Under the pieces are notes generated by a model. The model was given only the letters and a program-made list of their open reading frames with translations. It did no database searches and was not told the DNA's origin. Made by a program: the position numbers and the translations under genes. DNA of 64,000 nucleotides. It comes from Thermodesulfobacteriota bacterium (GTDB taxonomy: Bacteria; Desulfobacterota; Desulfobacteria; Desulfobacterales; C00003060). The stretch covers positions 64,001-128,000 of the forward strand of contig JAXHVD010000005.1 in NCBI GenBank assembly GCA_034189385.1. Direction: 5' to 3'. Below, piece after piece: positions 20,102 through 29,867 of this stretch (its first letter is position 1; every line of letters starts with the position of its first letter).

Positions 20102-20869
20102 ATGAAAATTACCATACTTGGCTCAGGTACCTGTGTGCCCTCTTTGAAACGGAGCAGCTGTTCGGTACTCATCCAGATCGACAAAAAGTGGCTGCTTTTT
20201 GACTCCGGCGCCGGGACCATGAGAAGACTCCTTGAGGCAGGGGTCACCATTGACAGGATTTCGCATCTCTTTTATAGCCACCTTCATCCAGACCACTCTG
20301 GAGAGCTGGTCCCCTTCTTGTTTTCAACCAAGTACCCGGAGACCTACAGACGACGCACGCCCTTTACCGTTATCGCCGCCAAAGGATTTGTGGACTTCTA
20401 TAAAAAGCTGAAGTTGGCTTATGGAGAGTGGATTGAAATGTCACCAGGCCTCATGCGCATCTTAGAACTTGACAATAAGATTGGCGACCATCTCGATTGC
20501 GGCCTTTTTGACGTAGACAGCCTGCCCATGAATCATACGGACAAAAGCCTGGCCTATCGAATTACTGCGCCCAACGGCTGCTCTGTTGTCTACTCAGGAG
20601 ACACAGACGTATGTGAAAACCTGGTGACCCTGGCCAAGGATGCAGATCTGCTGATTTGCGAATCTGCCTTGCCTGATGAGATGAAGGTGCCCGGGCACCT
20701 CACGCCATCTCTGGCAGGTCACATTGCCACCCAAGCAGGCGTCAAGAGGCTTGTCTTAACCCACTTTTATCCTGAGTGCGACAGGGTGGATGTGTCCGCA
20801 CAATGCCGAAAGACCTATCAGGGAGACCTCGTTCTGGCAGAAGATCTTTTGGAAATCCACCTTTCTTAG
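20102..20869 (+). CDS. MBL-fold metallo-hydrolase (RNase Z-like)
   Basis: MKITILGSG, SHLHPDH, YSGDT, LTHFYP. Confidence 0.88.
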   Translation: MKITILGSGTCVPSLKRSSCSVLIQIDKKWLLFDSGAGTMRRLLEAGVTIDRISHLFYSHLHPDHSGELVPFLFSTKYPETYRRRTPFTVIAAKGFVDFYKKLKLAYGEWIEMSPGLMRILELDNKIGDHLDCGLFDVDSLPMNHTDKSLAYRITAPNGCSVVYSGDTDVCENLVTLAKDADLLICESALPDEMKVPGHLTPSLAGHIATQAGVKRLVLTHFYPECDRVDVSAQCRKTYQGDLVLAEDLLEIHLS

Positions 20870-21002
20870 GTAGTTTCCATCCATAAAGCGTTTAGCTATC
20901 AACAGGCACCGGCAGAGTATTGTATGGGACGCCGTCGAGGCGCCTTTACAAGAGGATCGTCAAAAGAAGAGGGTGCCGTTAGAAAGAGGGGAATCAGAAG
21001 AT

Positions 21003-21030
21003 AGCCCCCCCGCCCTGGAGGCGGGGGGGG
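21003..21030. terminator. GC-rich hairpin between convergent genes
   Basis: cccccccgcc-ctgga-ggcggggggg. Confidence 0.45.
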
Positions 21031-21044
21031 GTGGGGGAGGGGCA

Positions 21045-22292
21045 TTAATGGTCACACACGTTTTCTCCGGTAACCAATGCGTTTGAGAGATATTGCTGTA
21101 CCAGTTCCTCAGGTACAAGATTAGGCGCCCCTGTCATCACCTTAATGTCGTTTTCTCCAAAAAGGCTGAGGGCCCTCTGTCCCATGCCTCCCGCAATAAT
21201 CACGCTCACACCCTGTTCGTGGAGCCACTTGGGCAGCACGCCCGGCTCATGGGGTGGGGGGGTCAACATCTCTTTCTTCGTTATTTCCTGGTTTTCCACA
21301 TGAACAATGGCAAAATCTGCCGCATGGCCAAAATGGGCCGTGAGTTTACCTTCAGCGACAGGGATTGCGATTTTCATAACGCCATCCTCCTTCTTTCCTT
21401 TTTCCGTCTGTGATGTCTTGGGAGCAGGTTTAGAAGCAACGGCTCCTGTCTGGTTGTTTTCTATTATTCTTTCAACCACTTCATTGAACGCTTGCGTTGT
21501 CTCAGAGTCCGGATATTTTCCCATGTACGATTCCCCTGCATCACCGCACTGTACCAGCTTGGGATCAAAGGGGATCCGACCCAAAAAGGGCACATTCATG
21601 GCCAGAGCCGTTTTAAAACCGCCACCTGTTCCGAAGAGCTCCACCGATTGGCCACAATGGGGGCACAAGAATCCGCTCATATTTTCTATTAGTCCCAGGA
21701 TGGGCATCTTAACGGTCCTGCAAAAACTGATCGATTTCCTGATGTCGGCCAGAGAAATCTCCTGGGGAGTGGTGACGATAATGGCCTTGGCACCAGGGAT
21801 GGTTTGAGCGATAGAGAGCGGTTCATCCCCTGTGCCAGGCGGCGAGTCGATAATGAGATAATCGAGTCTTTCCCAATGCACGTCAGAGATGAATTGCCGG
21901 ATAACATGCATCTTCAAGGGACCCCTCCAGATCACGGCTTCGTCCTGATCTTGGGCAAGGGACTCAATGGAGACTACTTTGAGATTGTCGGAGTATGCCT
22001 TTGGTACCATTCGGTTATCGGCGCTGATGCCAAGAAGGCCCTTGAGCCCCAGCATTCTCGGTATGTCAGGGCCATGGAGATCAACGTCCATGAGCCCTAC
22101 CTTGGCCCCCTTTTTTGACAGAGCCACAGCCAGGTTGGCAGAGACACTGCTTTTGCCCACACCACCTTTTCCGCTCATGACCAGAAACTTATGCTTGATA
22201 AGACTGAGCGATTCTTGGATGGCCAGGTCTTGTGGGTCCGTCCCTCCACCCTGCTTGGATGGCCCTTGGCCAGATTTCTTAACTTCACTCAT
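21045..22292 (-). CDS. Mrp/NBP35 Fe-S carrier ATPase fused to a NifB/NifX-type domain (MrpORP-like)
   Basis: GKGGVGKSS, DSPPGTGDE, ENMSGFLCPHC; C-terminal KIAIP...HFGH...GGMG...NVCDH. Confidence 0.9.
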   Translation of the reverse strand: MSEVKKSGQGPSKQGGGTDPQDLAIQESLSLIKHKFLVMSGKGGVGKSSVSANLAVALSKKGAKVGLMDVDLHGPDIPRMLGLKGLLGISADNRMVPKAYSDNLKVVSIESLAQDQDEAVIWRGPLKMHVIRQFISDVHWERLDYLIIDSPPGTGDEPLSIAQTIPGAKAIIVTTPQEISLADIRKSISFCRTVKMPILGLIENMSGFLCPHCGQSVELFGTGGGFKTALAMNVPFLGRIPFDPKLVQCGDAGESYMGKYPDSETTQAFNEVVERIIENNQTGAVASKPAPKTSQTEKGKKEDGVMKIAIPVAEGKLTAHFGHAADFAIVHVENQEITKKEMLTPPPHEPGVLPKWLHEQGVSVIIAGGMGQRALSLFGENDIKVMTGAPNLVPEELVQQYLSNALVTGENVCDH

Positions 22293-22405
22293 CGAGAAAC
22301 CTCCTGTATTTGCTATTTTAGAATGTGGATGCCCAGTGTAGCAGGAACTATAAGCATTCAAACCCTTGGTGGCAACCCCTAACCCTTCACACCTGGGCCT
22401 ACTGA

Positions 22406-22768
22406 CTAGACCCAGTGCCCTTCTACATTGGGCCCGTCCACCTGCTCTAACCGGCCGTTTTTGTACTGCATGACGGCATCTATCACGCGTCCTTTGGCAC
22501 CCGTCACCACCTTGATGTCTGCAGCATTCAAGACATCAAAGGCCTTGGGCCCGCAATTGCCGGAGATCAATACACTCACCTTGTTATCTACAATAGTTTT
22601 GGCCGCTTGGATGCCCGCCCCTTGCGGCAAATTCAGATTTTGTACATTCTCCACGGCTTCATATTCCAGTGTCTTGGGGTTTACGACAACAAAATATGTG
22701 GCCCTCCCAAAACGGGGATCCATTTCGGAAATAAGCTCGTTCCCAGTAGAACTGACAGCAATTCTCAT
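22406..22768 (-). CDS. NifB/NifX family Mo-Fe cluster-binding (orange protein-like) protein
   Basis: DPRFGRA, GAGIQAA, GNCGPKA. Confidence 0.88.
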   Translation of the reverse strand: MRIAVSSTGNELISEMDPRFGRATYFVVVNPKTLEYEAVENVQNLNLPQGAGIQAAKTIVDNKVSVLISGNCGPKAFDVLNAADIKVVTGAKGRVIDAVMQYKNGRLEQVDGPNVEGHWV

Positions 22769-22793
22769 TCTTGGTTCTGCCTCCTCTTTTTCA

Positions 22794-23084
22794 CTAATTC
22801 CCGGCTTGTTTTAGCACCTCCATAAGCTGATCAGCCCTGTTGTATCCTGCCACCTTGATCTCCACCTCCTCAACGCCCTCTGTTTTTTCCACAGCCTTCT
22901 GAATGTTGTGGGCCAGTTCAAAGGCCATGGGACAGACTGGAGACGAGGGGTGAAAGGTAAAGCTGACTTTGCCGTGCTGGTCGACAGAGAGTCCTCTGAC
23001 CAGTCTCATGCGCATGATGTCAAGTTTGGTGCCTGGGTCAATCACTTCTCTTAAAGTATCTTCAACTTTTTTCTTTAGTGTCAT
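22794..23084 (-). CDS. DUF59 / metal-sulfur cluster assembly protein
   Basis: LREVIDP, SPVCPMA. Confidence 0.8.
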   Translation of the reverse strand: MTLKKKVEDTLREVIDPGTKLDIMRMRLVRGLSVDQHGKVSFTFHPSSPVCPMAFELAHNIQKAVEKTEGVEEVEIKVAGYNRADQLMEVLKQAGN

Positions 23085-24016
23085 CGGTAATCCCTGAGTT
23101 GATAGTAGACCTCAGCGTCCTTGTTGACCACCTTGATCTTATCGTCCTTAACCAACAGGTCCATGTATTTTATGACCTCGTTCTTATGCACAGCCAACCC
23201 AGAAGAGATGTCATCCAAGGTGCACGGCCGTCTTGCAAGGAGGTTCAACAAGTCTTGTTCAATGTTGGTCTTGGGTTCGTGCTTGTGGCCGTCTTCAAAT
23301 GGTGCAATCACTTCTGCCTTCTCGCCTAGAATCTTGCAGAACCTCGCCATCTCCTCTTGGGAAACCTTCTGCGCATGAGGTTCTGCTGAAGGGCGGACAG
23401 CGGTGTTCACGTGTACCTTCTGCGGATCCACCCTTTCGATCCATTGCCTAAAGCGTGTGGCGTCGGTTTCCGTGGCATTTACATTTTTGAGGATGAAGAC
23501 CTCAAGCCATATCTCCCCGCTGTATACCTTCCGGAAGTCAACGAGTCCATCGACCATGGCCCTAAAGCTGATCTCGGGATGGGGGCGATTGATTACCTCA
23601 AACCCCCTTTGGTCATATGCGTCTAAAGACGGCAGCACGACGTCAGCCTCCATGATAGATTCTTGAACCCTGCCGTCTCCCAAAAGGGAACCGTTGGTTA
23701 ACACCGCTACCGGAATGTCAGTGTGTTTCTTAATGTCATGAATCAGTGGGCCGATATCACTATTCAATGTGGGTTCCCCAGATCCTGCCAGGGAGATGTA
23801 GTCTGCGTCCAGACCCTCTTCCATGGTTTCATAGAACTGATCCAGGATCTTTCTTACCGGTATATAAGGCTTTCTTTCAATGGTCTTGGTCTTGGTTCGC
23901 CCAAGTTGGCAATAGATACAGTCATAGGAACAGACCTTATATGGAACCAGATCAAGGCCTAAAGAGCGTCCCAACCTCCGTGAGGGCACAGGCCCGTAAA
24001 GAAAGCGTTGCTTCAT
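23081..24016 (-). CDS. Radical SAM protein (ORP-cluster associated)
   Basis: YGPVPSRRLGRSLG, CSYDCIYC, GSGEPTL. Confidence 0.88.
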   Translation of the reverse strand: MKQRFLYGPVPSRRLGRSLGLDLVPYKVCSYDCIYCQLGRTKTKTIERKPYIPVRKILDQFYETMEEGLDADYISLAGSGEPTLNSDIGPLIHDIKKHTDIPVAVLTNGSLLGDGRVQESIMEADVVLPSLDAYDQRGFEVINRPHPEISFRAMVDGLVDFRKVYSGEIWLEVFILKNVNATETDATRFRQWIERVDPQKVHVNTAVRPSAEPHAQKVSQEEMARFCKILGEKAEVIAPFEDGHKHEPKTNIEQDLLNLLARRPCTLDDISSGLAVHKNEVIKYMDLLVKDDKIKVVNKDAEVYYQLRDYR

Positions 24017-24879
24017 TGTCTTCCCAGGCAGTCATCAACCCGATGCCAGATATCTTTTATGGCCTCAGACACCTTGCCCTTTGAGAACTCGACAACACTC
24101 TGTCCAGCCACCATGGCACGGGTGACCTCGGTGTCGTAGGGGATATGCCCCACCAATTCAATGCCGTTCTTTCCACAATAATCTGCAACCCGCGCAGACA
24201 TCTCCTCATTGAGGTCGAATTTGTTGATACAGGCCAGGGTAGGTATCTTGAAGTGGGCAGCCAGCCCGCCAACCCGTTCAAGGTCGTGAAGTCCTGACAG
24301 GGTGGGTTCGGTCACTATAAGGACCAAACTTGTGCCGGTTATGGAGGCAATGACGGGACATCCAATCCCCGGGGGGCCGTCCACAATAACGGTATCTAGC
24401 CCCCTGTCCTCGGCTAGGACTTTGGCCTGATTTCTAACGAGGCTTACCAGCAACCCAGAGTTCTCCTCTGCGATACCCAGGCGGGCATGGACCATGGGGC
24501 CAAACCTGCTTTCAGAGACGTACCACTTACCGCAAACACTCTGGGGAAAGTCAATGGCCTCCACTGGGCAGAAATGGACACACACCCCGCATCCCTCGCA
24601 ATCGATCTTATTGACTACAAACTCTGGACTAATGGCATTGAACTGACATCGATTCAGGCACTCCCCGCATTCCGTGCACCTATCAGGGTCAATGACGGCG
24701 ATTCGCCCCCCCTTGAAATCTTCCTCATGCCTGATCTCCGGGGCAAGAATCAAGTGAAGATCGGCCGCGTCCACATCGGCATCGGCCATGACCTTTTCTT
24801 TAGCAAGGGCCGCGAAAGAGGCTACCACACTGGTCTTACCAGTGCCGCCTTTGCCACTTATGATCGTTATTTCTTTCAT
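24013..24879 (-). CDS. MinD-like P-loop ATPase with 2x[4Fe-4S] ferredoxin insert
   Basis: SGKGGTGKT, CTECGEC, CEGCGVC, DGPPGIGCP. Confidence 0.9.
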   Translation of the reverse strand: MKEITIISGKGGTGKTSVVASFAALAKEKVMADADVDAADLHLILAPEIRHEEDFKGGRIAVIDPDRCTECGECLNRCQFNAISPEFVVNKIDCEGCGVCVHFCPVEAIDFPQSVCGKWYVSESRFGPMVHARLGIAEENSGLLVSLVRNQAKVLAEDRGLDTVIVDGPPGIGCPVIASITGTSLVLIVTEPTLSGLHDLERVGGLAAHFKIPTLACINKFDLNEEMSARVADYCGKNGIELVGHIPYDTEVTRAMVAGQSVVEFSKGKVSEAIKDIWHRVDDCLGRQ

Positions 24880-25712
24880 GCAGTCAGTTCCCCTATTTTC
24901 TCATAAACCGCTCGAAACTGATCCTTCATCTCAGGCCTGACGTCTATCATCATGATGCCACGGGAATAGGCCTCAGCGATCTTTCGGTCATTTGGGATCT
25001 CCATCAAGATGGGGATTCCCTCTTTTTTAGCATATGCCACAACGCGATCGTCTCCTACGTCAGATCGGTTGATAACGATCCCGAGGGGGATTTCCAGAAT
25101 CCTTACAGCCCCCACGGCCAACTTGAGGTCATGTAGTCCAAAGGGAGTGGGTTCGGTCACCAAGAGGGCGAAGTCCGAGCCTTTGAGTGTGACAATGACG
25201 GGGCACGATGTCCCTGGTGGCGCATCGATAATGGTCGTCTTTTTCGGATCAATGTATTCCTTAACCTCTTCAATGAGAGGGGGAGACATGGCCTCGCCAA
25301 TCCGTAAACGGCCATGGATGAATTCAACGGAGCCGCAGTGGCCCTTTTCCAGGACCCCAAGTTCACGGGGCTTCTCTCCTATGGCCTCTCTCGGACAGAC
25401 CATCATGCACCCTTTACAGCTGTGACAAAGCTCCGGGAAAGTCAGCACCTTCTTGCCAATGACGGCAATGGCACTAAACTGACAGATCTCTCCGCACATT
25501 CCGCAGTAATCGCACTTTTCCAAATCAACTTCCGGCACCGGTGTCGTCACCGTCCCCGTATAGTCGATGTCAGGTTTGGTAAAGATGTGGGCGTTTGGTT
25601 CTTCCACATCACAGTCCAAGAGCTGAACCCCTCCATCCAATGAAAAAGCCAGGTTGGTAGCGATAGTCGTCTTCCCCGTGCCCCCTTTGCCGCTGGCAAT
25701 AGAAATAATCAT
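24876..25712 (-). CDS. MinD-like P-loop ATPase with 2x[4Fe-4S] ferredoxin insert (paralog)
   Basis: SGKGGTGKT, CDYCGMC, CHSCKGC, DAPPGTSCP. Confidence 0.9.
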   Translation of the reverse strand: MIISIASGKGGTGKTTIATNLAFSLDGGVQLLDCDVEEPNAHIFTKPDIDYTGTVTTPVPEVDLEKCDYCGMCGEICQFSAIAVIGKKVLTFPELCHSCKGCMMVCPREAIGEKPRELGVLEKGHCGSVEFIHGRLRIGEAMSPPLIEEVKEYIDPKKTTIIDAPPGTSCPVIVTLKGSDFALLVTEPTPFGLHDLKLAVGAVRILEIPLGIVINRSDVGDDRVVAYAKKEGIPILMEIPNDRKIAEAYSRGIMMIDVRPEMKDQFRAVYEKIGELTA

Positions 25713-25797
25713 GCCTCTCAGATTCTCCTCAATCTATAATGATGGCCCGTTGCCGTCAGTGTATGGGTGTCGCCGGCATGGCCTGCCCCTCATTTGG

Positions 25798-26025
25798 CTA
25801 CCCTCGTGTCATGGCCGCCCCACACTTGGGGCATTTTTCTTCAAAGCAGGGCGTTCCCTGTCGGTGGGGAACCCTTTGGCCACAACTGGGGCAAACACAG
25901 TCTCCACCGGGACCTCTGCCAGAACCCGCACCCTGACCTGAGCCTCCGCCGCCTTGCCCCATGCGCCTTCCTGTGCCGGGGCCTTCGCCCCTCGGGCCAG
26001 TTCCGTCTCCTCGTGGCATTGTCAT
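25798..26025 (-). CDS. Small Gly-rich protein with C-terminal zinc ribbon (DUF5320-like N-terminus)
   Basis: MPRGDGTGP...CVCPSCG...CPKCG; AGGAGG RBS. Confidence 0.75.
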   Translation of the reverse strand: MTMPRGDGTGPRGEGPGTGRRMGQGGGGSGQGAGSGRGPGGDCVCPSCGQRVPHRQGTPCFEEKCPKCGAAMTRG

Positions 26026-26050
26026 CTCCTCCTAATTTCAGTTCTAACCT

Positions 26051-26110
26051 TGATGGTTTCGAAAAAAGTCTTTTTCAAATCATTGAGTCCGCGGGGGCGG
26101 ATGAGAAAAG
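26051..26110. mobile_element. Truncated copy of the MITE-like element at 28721-28942
   Basis: tgatggtttcgaaaaaagtc (18/20 to that element's terminal repeat) followed by a shared cattgag.ccgc..ggcgga stretch. Confidence 0.6.
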
Positions 26111-26113
26111 CAC

Positions 26114-26539
26114 TTACTCCTGGGCCCGTATTCGGTGGAGTTCTTCGCATCCACAGGAAGGGCATTTCTGGGGCCGGCCCGTGCCACGAGGTTCTTTCCA
26201 CTGACTTTTGCAGTGGTCGCAAAGGAAAAGCCGATTTTCTGCCGGGTCTACCCTTTTGTAATTTCCCCCTTCTACATTGATAGCCTTTCCGTAAATGAGT
26301 GCTCCTGCAATGGTTTTGCGCGCCTGTTCGACAATGCGCCCAAATGTGGCTCTTGATACCCCCATCTGCTTGCCTGCTTCTTCATGAGACAACCCCAGAA
26401 GATCAGCGAGCCTTAGCGCCTCAAGCTCATCCACGGTGAGTTGGACCTGTTCCAAGTCGATCATGGGAACTCCCCGCGGTTTGAAGTAGTTTATCTGCGG
26501 GTCAATATTTACAAGTCGGTCTTTTTGCGGACGTACCAT
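26114..26539 (-). CDS. DUF134 domain putative DNA-binding protein with C-terminal zinc ribbon
   Basis: FKPRG, ELEALRLAD, MGVSRATF, EGG; CDHC/CPSC. Confidence 0.88.
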   Translation of the reverse strand: MVRPQKDRLVNIDPQINYFKPRGVPMIDLEQVQLTVDELEALRLADLLGLSHEEAGKQMGVSRATFGRIVEQARKTIAGALIYGKAINVEGGNYKRVDPAENRLFLCDHCKSQWKEPRGTGRPQKCPSCGCEELHRIRAQE

Positions 26540-26779
26540 GGCGCCACCGTTATGAGTGCGTTATGAGTATATGCTAAAAACTACAGTAAACATCCCCCTG
26601 AGCCTTGTCAAGAAATAAAATCATGACCCTGTCAAAGACTCATCAACCTAGCTGACTTGGTCCGTTAGTCGGTGTTCCTCGCTGGGAAAAGCGCGTTGCG
26701 TGGCCATGGGAAGGGCCCTCTTTCGGAAACCTGGCACCAATTTACAGGGGAGCCCCTGTTAAGAGGGGGGCAAGCCTTT

Positions 26780-26979
26780 ACGGGCTGTTGCCCAAATCCC
26801 TTTTCGCTTGGGCTAAAGCGTTTTTTGACAAATGTGGGGCTCGCTCCAGGCGATGTCAAAACTCTCGGCCGCGGCGGATCAAGCAGTTGACATTGCTAGT
26901 CTTCCACTTCGCCAACAGTTGTTGGCAAAAAACGCCTTAATGCCCGCTCAAAGGAATTCTTGTTTGGGCAACAGCCCGT
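26780..26979. mobile_element. MITE-like element with perfect 17-bp terminal inverted repeats, overlapping the ycaO 3' end
   Basis: ACGGGCTGTTGCCCAAA (26780-26796) and TTTGGGCAACAGCCCGT (26963-26979). Confidence 0.65.
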
Positions 26980-28696
26980 TTAGATAGTGCCCGAATTGCC
27001 GCAGGCTCAGAGGGGAAAAGGAATCTAATTCGCTGAACATCTCGAGTCCAGGTATGAAGCTTTTTACCACCGGTATGTCCAAATCGTCTCTGGTGAGATC
27101 CACGTAGACCGGGCTATAGCCATTGGAGACCAGAAGCCTTTCCAAGAGCTTTAGATCCTCGTTGACGTCGCCAGACGAATAGTCTGGAAGATCTTTGTAG
27201 TCCAGTTCCTTGGGGCCGTGGATCACCGACCCAGGGGCAAACCAGGAGGGGTGATAAGGCACCTCTGTAAGCGCCGAGACAGCGGCCCTCTTTCCATCCA
27301 GGTGAGCGGCAGATCCTTTAAGGATTTGTCCATCTGGGCCCTGTATGAAGGCCTTGTAACAGGGGATACCGAATTCTGAAGTGATGTCCAAAAACTGGAC
27401 GTGGATGCCTTCCTTTCTGCAGCCACCTAAGATCTTCTGCACTGGCAGCTCATTCCATGCCAGGGAAAAACACCTTTCCGGAACATAGGGCATGACCCTT
27501 TCTGCATCCCTCTCGATGACCTCCAGCAAGCTGTGCAGTCTAGCCTCCTCAGGCGTGTTTCCGGCAGCCAGACCGGTGGAGGGCAAACCGGTTGATAGGC
27601 TTATTTCATCCAGATTGGAGAACAAAAAGACCAACTGGGCTGGCACGTAGACCGGATGTTGGCCCTTTTCATCTACCCTCACGGCAGACACCCAGTATAG
27701 GGGCTGGTTTCTGTAAGGGACCTCAAGATGGATCTCGTTAGGGTTTAACACGTCAGGGTATTCTTCTCTCAAGTTCTCATAGGTGCCATGGATCAAGGGG
27801 TGGCCGTCTTTGTAGCGCAAGGCCCCTCTTTCATCAAAACTGGCAAAGGATGACACCCTTTCCGCCACCTCCATCCAGCAGGAGGCCCTCGCTTGATCCC
27901 TATCGAGTCCCTTGCCATAACTGGTCTGGGGCCCGGCCAATTCCCAATGGTTTCTCCCGACAGACACCGTCACCTTAAGATGCCATGGTATCTTTAGAGC
28001 AAAGGGGCTGAGACTGGCCTGGTTTTCTGTCTCTTCTCCCGCCTTTAAATCAATGGCCTTCAGCCTTTCCCTGGCCGTGCATGCGATCTCAGAAGGCGTT
28101 GGGACCGGCAGGCCCCCTTTTTGACAGCGCTGGTTCCCTTCTGGAGGCAATAGTCGTGAAATGGGCAAGGTGCTGTTGTACCATGCATCTATCGCTTGCT
28201 GATCAAAGGGGATAGGCCGTTCAAAGTCTCCTGCGGCCTTAAGCGGCCGGTGTCTCAGGAGGTTTTCGGAGAAAAGTTCAAGCCAATAGGCCCTGTTGTC
28301 CCGATCCGCTTTCAAGGACCAGTTGATATAAATAAGTGGCGTACATTCTGCCAGTCCTTTGATGTCTAAACCCTTAAATTCTGGTATCAAATCGTGCAAT
28401 CTGTCATTGAGGAGACAGGTCTCGTACATCAATGCTAGCAAACAAGGGTTCCCCTTTTTTCCTTTTTCTATCAATTGGCGAGTCAGGTTTGGCCCGAATT
28501 TTCCTGCCAGTCCCAGGAGGTGTTTGTGCATGAAGTCGTCGTAAGGATGATCCTGGATATATTCAAACCCGTGTTCCACATCCAGGTCATCGCTGGGCAG
28601 GCACGCAAAGGACCCTGTCCCAAATCGCGTCTCTAGATGCGCCATTTCGTATCTGATAGTACGATGACATGCTGCAAACTCACTGCTTTCATTCAT
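26948..28696 (-). CDS. YcaO-like family protein with N-terminal extension
   Basis: YGKG...ASCWMEVAER and STGLAAGNT.EEA.LH.LLEVIERDA ATP/Mg motifs; PVVKSFIPGLE. Confidence 0.88.
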   Translation of the reverse strand: MNESSEFAACHRTIRYEMAHLETRFGTGSFACLPSDDLDVEHGFEYIQDHPYDDFMHKHLLGLAGKFGPNLTRQLIEKGKKGNPCLLALMYETCLLNDRLHDLIPEFKGLDIKGLAECTPLIYINWSLKADRDNRAYWLELFSENLLRHRPLKAAGDFERPIPFDQQAIDAWYNSTLPISRLLPPEGNQRCQKGGLPVPTPSEIACTARERLKAIDLKAGEETENQASLSPFALKIPWHLKVTVSVGRNHWELAGPQTSYGKGLDRDQARASCWMEVAERVSSFASFDERGALRYKDGHPLIHGTYENLREEYPDVLNPNEIHLEVPYRNQPLYWVSAVRVDEKGQHPVYVPAQLVFLFSNLDEISLSTGLPSTGLAAGNTPEEARLHSLLEVIERDAERVMPYVPERCFSLAWNELPVQKILGGCRKEGIHVQFLDITSEFGIPCYKAFIQGPDGQILKGSAAHLDGKRAAVSALTEVPYHPSWFAPGSVIHGPKELDYKDLPDYSSGDVNEDLKLLERLLVSNGYSPVYVDLTRDDLDIPVVKSFIPGLEMFSELDSFSPLSLRQFGHYLNGLLPKQEFL

Positions 28697-28720
28697 ACAA
28701 TCTCTTCTCTCTTTCAAGAA

Positions 28721-28942
28721 TGATAGAGTCGCAAAAAGTCTTTCGCGAACGACATTGAGCCCGCCGTGGCGGAGGAGGAAAACATTTGAGATGTTCCGGG
28801 TTAAGAAATGCTAACTGTTTGATCCGCCGCCGCGGAGCGTTTTAGCATTTTAGCTGAACCTCTCAAGCGCCCCCATCTCTTTTCAAGCCCGCAGGCGCAA
28901 ATGGTCACGGAGTGAGAAAGTCGACTTTTTACGAATCCATCA
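28721..28942. mobile_element. MITE-like element with 20-bp imperfect terminal inverted repeats
   Basis: tgatagagtcgcaaaaagtc ... gactttttacgaatccatca (17/20 complementary); no ORF. Confidence 0.65.
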
Positions 28943-29204
28943 AGGATGAAACCAATAGGCGACGTTTTTGCTTATTGCCGATAGAGTAAAAGACCCTCCT
29001 TGTCAACAGTGAGATGGACTAGGGCCCCTTTGCCGTGCGCCGTTTTTTCGGTGTCCGGCGGGTGGACGGGCGTGACGCCTTCAGACTTACCCGAAGGACG
29101 GTAAAGACTGGTGCCTAGTCCAAGGCACTGATTGGCCGTTGACAGAAGGCTTGAGGCTCTGTTATCAAGTGTCCACCTTATTTTCAGACTGTGAGGACTG
29201 AATC

Positions 29205-29867
29205 ATGTTGGATTTTTCAAAGACTTTCGAGAAATACGAGGCCCTGGTTTCTGAGGTTGACAAGATCTTCAAGGCCGTGCAGGAGGCGGAAAAGGGTTGC
29301 GTGCGGTGTGAAATCCATTGCTGCGACTGCTGTTACGCCGTGTTTGATCTTACCCTCATTGAGGCCGTTTATGTGAACTATCATTTCAACAGGTCTCTTG
29401 CCAGGAAAGAGAGACGCCCCATCATGAGGCGGGCGGAAAAGGCTGATCGCAAGTATTATCAGATTAAACAAAAACTTCAGAAGATGTACATAGACAAGGG
29501 AAAGCCTCCCGAGGAGGTCTTCCAGCAGTTGTCCCAAGAGCGGGTACCCTGTCCCTTTCTCAATGATGAGAAGATGTGTGACCTCTATGCCCGCAGACCC
29601 ATTACGTGTAGAGTCTACGGGATCCCGACTTCCATTGGGGGCATGGCCCACATCTGCGGAAAATCTGGCTTCAAAAAGGGCATTGCCTATCCTACGGTAA
29701 ACCTGGACAAGATGAATGACCGCCTCTTTGAGCTTTCCGAGGAGCTGCTCAAAGAGATTGGCTCGATCCGTTCAAGGCTTCATATGGGCCTTGTGCCCCT
29801 TTCAGCGGCCTTGATGACCGATTATGACGAGAAATACCTCTTGGCCAAGGACGTTGAACAAGCATAG
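29205..29867 (+). CDS. YkgJ family cysteine-cluster protein
   Basis: CEIHCCDCC...CPFL...CDLY..RP..CR. Confidence 0.88.
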   Translation: MLDFSKTFEKYEALVSEVDKIFKAVQEAEKGCVRCEIHCCDCCYAVFDLTLIEAVYVNYHFNRSLARKERRPIMRRAEKADRKYYQIKQKLQKMYIDKGKPPEEVFQQLSQERVPCPFLNDEKMCDLYARRPITCRVYGIPTSIGGMAHICGKSGFKKGIAYPTVNLDKMNDRLFELSEELLKEIGSIRSRLHMGLVPLSAALMTDYDEKYLLAKDVEQA

